Below are positions 33,646 through 37,806 of a stretch of DNA of 37,806 nucleotides, piece after piece. The DNA is taken from positions 23,794,313-23,832,118 of the forward strand of contig NC_057719.1 of NCBI RefSeq assembly GCF_004010195.1, read 5' to 3'. Under the pieces are notes generated by a model. The model saw only the letters and a list, made by a program, of their open reading frames with translations. It ran no database searches and was not told the origin of the DNA. The first letter of the stretch is position 1. The number at the start of each line of letters is the position of its first letter. Position numbers and translations under genes: made by a program. The stretch comes from Chiloscyllium plagiosum. Taxonomy: Eukaryota.

Positions 33646-34850
33646 GCTCCTCAGCGAAAAGATTAATACTTCTGTATAAACCACAGCCTGCACATTCATC
33701 ATATTTGATAAACTTTTCCTTTAGTTACATGACGCATACAATATCTATTCAAATAGTTTTTTTGTAGAGGTACAATCTATTCAAACAGAACGTTCTCCTC
33801 TGACATTGATTTCTCCCACCCCCACTCTAATGCTTTCATTAGAAACTGCTGACCTGTTAACTATGGTTAATACATTATAAGCACAATTTAATCAAAGTTA
33901 CATTTGACCTATTACTGTACTGGCAGACATGAGTATTTGAATACTTCGCTCACAGGATCCACTTTAGCAGCAAGTTTAAATGTTAATTTGCTGTCAGGGT
34001 TCACTTCATGGTTTTAACCACTGGGGATCTGGGCCATCTCCTATTAAAAATGCTCTTTAATATTGTCTGAATGGCACTGTCAAGCTCATGAGGACAAAAG
34101 AGAGCATCAATGCTGCAGTTAAAGCAGCGTTGGCTTAAACAGAAAGCTATTACAGCTGCAAACTGCAGTAGGACTTGAATGGCCTAGTGTGCTGCAATTA
34201 CAAACTCATTCTGTGATGTTATTACAATGGAGCAATTTAGTGAGAACACAGCACCCTTCTAAAGTGACACCATCACAGCAATATGGAAGGACAAAGTTAA
34301 AATGTTCTCAATTTGAATTATAAATTTTATATTTATCAACAAGTCAATCTGAATGATCAAACGGAAGAAATATAATTGCTGAATGAAAAGGTAATTCAAA
34401 TGCGAGACCTCTGATATTTATGCTAGGATCCTATCAATTCATAGCAAGTCATAGAAAAGCAAAAGTTTTTTTATTAATTAAAAGAGATGTATTTTTAGAG
34501 ACTCCAACATCTACAACTTGAACTTCTTATCCAACGAGGCACTGACAGAAATGGCTTCCTTCTGTTCTGTTCTATCAACTGTGCTGCGACTGTTTTGGCG
34601 TCACTTTGCTTATTATGGGTATGATCATTTGTTCACCATGTAAGGTTTTTGAGCTGCTTATTCCAAGAGTAAAATATTTCAGAAATGGAAGTGGTATACT
34701 AATCTACAGAGAGACATTGATTTGATGAGTGTCCATTGTGACACACAATTAGTTCACTTCAGTCAGAAAAACATACTGATAATTAGCAAGCTATTTTCTG
34801 AAAATATTGGAAGACAAATTTAAGGAGAAATCAAGCATTCTTCATTTGTA

Positions 34851-34951
34851 ACAAGATCAGAAATTGCTGGAAAAACTCAGCAAGTCAGGCAGCATATGTG
34901 GAGAGAAAGAAAAGCTAACCTTTCTGGTCCAATGACCTTTCTTCAGAATAA
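34851..34951 (-). mobile_element. 101-bp single-arm Penelope-derived insertion with a decayed hammerhead-like core
   Basis: Perfect 14-bp TSD ATTCTTCATTTGTA at 34837-34850 and 34952-34965; - strand begins TTATTCTGAAGAAAGGTCATTGGACCAGAAAGGTTA. Confidence 0.8.
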
Positions 34952-34974
34952 ATTCTTCATTTGTAGGTATCCTG

Positions 34975-36530
34975 ATGAAAGTAATAATGGGATGTGCAAC
35001 ATCTCCTTCTCAACCACGAGCATCAATTTTCTCAAAAAAGCATTCTTGATTGGTCTACTGTTTCTAAATACTATTCACTCTTTGTCTAGCTACTTTTTTT
35101 AAAGATTAGATTTACTTACAGTGTGGAAACAGGCCCTTCGGCCCAACTAGTCCACACCGACCCTCTGAAGAGCAACTCACCCAGACCCATTCCCTACATC
35201 TAACACTACGGGCAATTTACCTAACCTGCACATCTTTGGACTGTGGGAGGAAACCAGAGCACACCCACGCAGAGAATGTGCAAACTTCACACAGACAGTT
35301 GCCTGAGGCAGGAATTGAACCCAGGTCTCTGGCAATGTGAAGCAGCAGTGCTAACCATTGTGCCACCATGCCATCCCTTGTTGAAGCTCAGTAAACTACA
35401 TATTTATCTCTCCTACAACTGCCTCTTCAAACCTCACTTTTGTAACCCCAATCTACTGACAGTGTCCTGGTCAAAGTTAGCAATGATAGTGCCAGTAACT
35501 TCAAATATTATCTCATATTGTCTTACTCAGTACGTCTACAATGTTCAGTTTGGTCAATCACATCTGTCAACTTCATCATCACTCCTCTAGTTTAATATGG
35601 TAGTATTGCTCTCACATGGTTCCTTTACAATGTAGCTCCTCCACCACTCACTGGATGGCCCCAAACATTTAAATTCCCCAAAGATCCTAACCTAGCCTCC
35701 CTTAATACCCTTTCTAATCTGTATGCTGTCCACTGATAGCATCAACCGTAAATGCTGGAACAGCTTCCATGTATGTGTTGACAACAAAGCAACCCTGGCT
35801 CCTTGCATGACACCACTATCACCTTTGTGTATCAGACGGCCTGGCTTCTAGTAGGTCATAGATAAACCACAATGTTGTTTCATTGAACATTGACAAGACC
35901 AACACCATTGCCACTGTATTCCCCTAAAGGTTTTTTACCATGATGCCATAACATTCTAATGAGGCACCTTGTACTATTTTACCACCGTCGGATGTTATAT
36001 GAATGCACGTTGTCAATATCCTGGAACATTACTAAGGCTGCAGCACTTTCTGAAAATAAACTTAAAAGGATATTATTGATGGTCCCACAACAAATACCAA
36101 GGACATTCCCAACTGCTTCCTGCAGCCAAATTAAGCTTCATGTGGCCTTAGCATCTTAATGAGGCTGACACATCATTTCCTATTGATTATCAAGATCATT
36201 GACCTCCACTGGTGTAACATACCCTACTGTCACCAACTTTCTGTACATTCCTCATCACCTCTAGGCTCATTGTCTCAAATGCCCTTCTTGCAGACCTTGC
36301 AGCCTTCAACCTGCACAATTTCCAACTTGACCAAAATGGTCAATTCCTGCCCATATCTTGTCCCATACTATGTCCTCTTCCCCTCCTTAATGAGCTACAT
36401 TTGCCCTGATTCCATGAGGATATTAAATGTAAACTCTTCGACATTGTCTCATGATTCTCTACACCTGCATCTCCTTTGCGTAGCTTAATCTAGCATCCTC
36501 TCTATTGGAAGGGTCTACCTCAGCCCTATT
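34975..36530 (+). mobile_element. Old L2-clade LINE RT remnant, interrupted by an HE1 SINE
   Basis: STDSVLVKVSND at ~35452, ALTWF at ~35608, FLICMLS..SFHVCVDN (FHMYADD-like) at ~35710-35785. Confidence 0.65.
35103..35377 (-). mobile_element. HE1-type SINE with internal deletions
   Basis: Homologous to 7178-7500 and 19192-19504. Confidence 0.9.
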
Positions 36531-36564
36531 CTCTGAATCTCCTGTTTCAAACCTCTCTAGTAGT

Positions 36565-36935
36565 CTACATAAGAACTAGGAACAAGAGTAGGCAATTCAG
36601 TTCCTCAAGCCAGCTCCGTCATTTGTTATGATCATAGTTGATCTCACTTCGACCTCAACTCCACTTTCCTGCCCATTCTCCATAACTCTTCAACTCATTA
36701 CTAATTAAAAATTCATCTCCTTCTTAAATTTACTCAGTGTCCCAGCATCCATCACTGTCCGTCGTCATGAATTCCGCAGATTCACAACCTTTGAGAGAAT
36801 TGGTACCTCTTCATCTCAGTTTTAAATCTGCTACCCCTTATCCTAAAATTGTGACCTCTCATTCTAGATTGTCCACATGAAGAAACACCCTTTCTATGTT
36901 TACTTTTTCAGTCTCCTTCAGCACCTTACATATAT
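36565..36935 (-). mobile_element. CR1 3' end
   Basis: CATAAGAACTAGGAACAAGAGTAGGCAATTCAG...TTCCGCAGATTCACAACCTTTGAGAG... is an inverted CR1 tail plus ORF2 C-terminus. Confidence 0.75.
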
Positions 36936-37159
36936 CAAGCTCTGCTCTGCTTTTAATAACTCATTGGTAATATATCCCTGCTCAACAGACAATGTGTACT
37001 GACTGAAGCCTGAATAGACACTCAACCTCAGCACCATGTAACGTTACTGCCCCCTCTCATGGTCTGCTGTTTTCTCCCAAACAGAGAGGAGGATCTGTAA
37101 AGTGCAGATACTTGAAGTTGGGATCACCTGAAGGTACAATGCATCCAATCTTAAGCACC

Positions 37160-37335
37160 ATAAGACCATCAGATATAGAGACCAGTAAGTCCATTGAACC
37201 TGTTCCATCATTCAATGAGATCATGGCTAATCTAAATCTTCAAATGCACTGTCCTGCCTTTTCCCCTGATCCTGTGACTGACCAAAACTCTATCTCAGTC
37301 TTGAATATACTTAACAATCCAACCTCGACAGCCTT
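37160..37335 (-). mobile_element. Short CR1 3' end
   Basis: CATAAGACCATCAGATATAG...CCATCATTCAATGAGATCATGGCTAATCT. Confidence 0.6.
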
Positions 37336-37806
37336 GGAGTACACAATTGTAAGACACAGAATTTATAGCAAAAGTTTACTGTATGATGTAACTGAAATGA
37401 TACATTGAAAAATACCTTGATTGTTTGTTAAGTCTCTCATCTGTTAGAATGACCAAGATAGTTTCACTTCTTTCACTTGTAAATCACAAATATTTTTTAA
37501 ATGTTACATTCTCAGGTTAACTGTAACAATTGGTGTCAGGCCAGATAAGATGTTGAAGGTGTCAGCCCCTGTGTTCTGTTGTCTGTGCTATAATGTTTAG
37601 ACTGATTGTAATAAAAAAAAATGAGTTAACAGAGTCGTACGTGGATTCATGCAGTTTTTGAGCAAAGTATAATGTAACTCTGCAAGTACAAATTCGCCCC
37701 ACAAACGTCTTTGTGTATATGTGCGTGTGTGTGTGTGTCTGGGGTGAGGGGTTATGAGTGTCTGTGAGTGAGAGTGTATATGTGTGTGTGAGTGTGTAAA
37801 GATGTC
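37336..37806 (-). mobile_element. Probable interspersed repeat, possibly a Penelope-like 3' UTR, with a (TG)n-rich tract; runs off the window
   Basis: GACACAGAATTTATAGCAAAAG...AAGTCTCTCATC...TGCAAGTACAAATTC resembles a remembered shark repeat; TG-rich 37710-37800. Confidence 0.4.

Overview
Repeat-rich non-coding vertebrate DNA, almost certainly from a shark or other elasmobranch: it carries HE1-type SINEs, a HER1/CR1 LINE, Deu-domain SINEs and LF-SINE-like elements. I could not support any intact host gene or exon. Main contents: (1) a decayed but structurally complete Gmr1-like Ty3/Gypsy LTR retrotransposon (4946-10935; two LTRs, CCAG target-site duplication (TSD), PR-IN-RT-RH order); (2) several CR1 and L2 LINE remnants; (3) three HE1 SINEs; (4) a 5'-truncated Penelope-like element (GIY-YIG plus RT remnant); (5) a 31-bp minisatellite; (6) an older Gypsy pol remnant broken up by nested insertions. 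The most striking structure is a set of eight 100-230 bp Penelope-derived mini-insertions. Seven are long fold-back palindromes, most centred on a minimal hammerhead-ribozyme-like core (CTGAnGA-A-stem-GAAAC-GTC). Seven have clear 14-17 bp TSDs. The cognate Penelope terminus is in the same window. Family names come from recognition of motifs and remembered consensus sequences, not from database searches.
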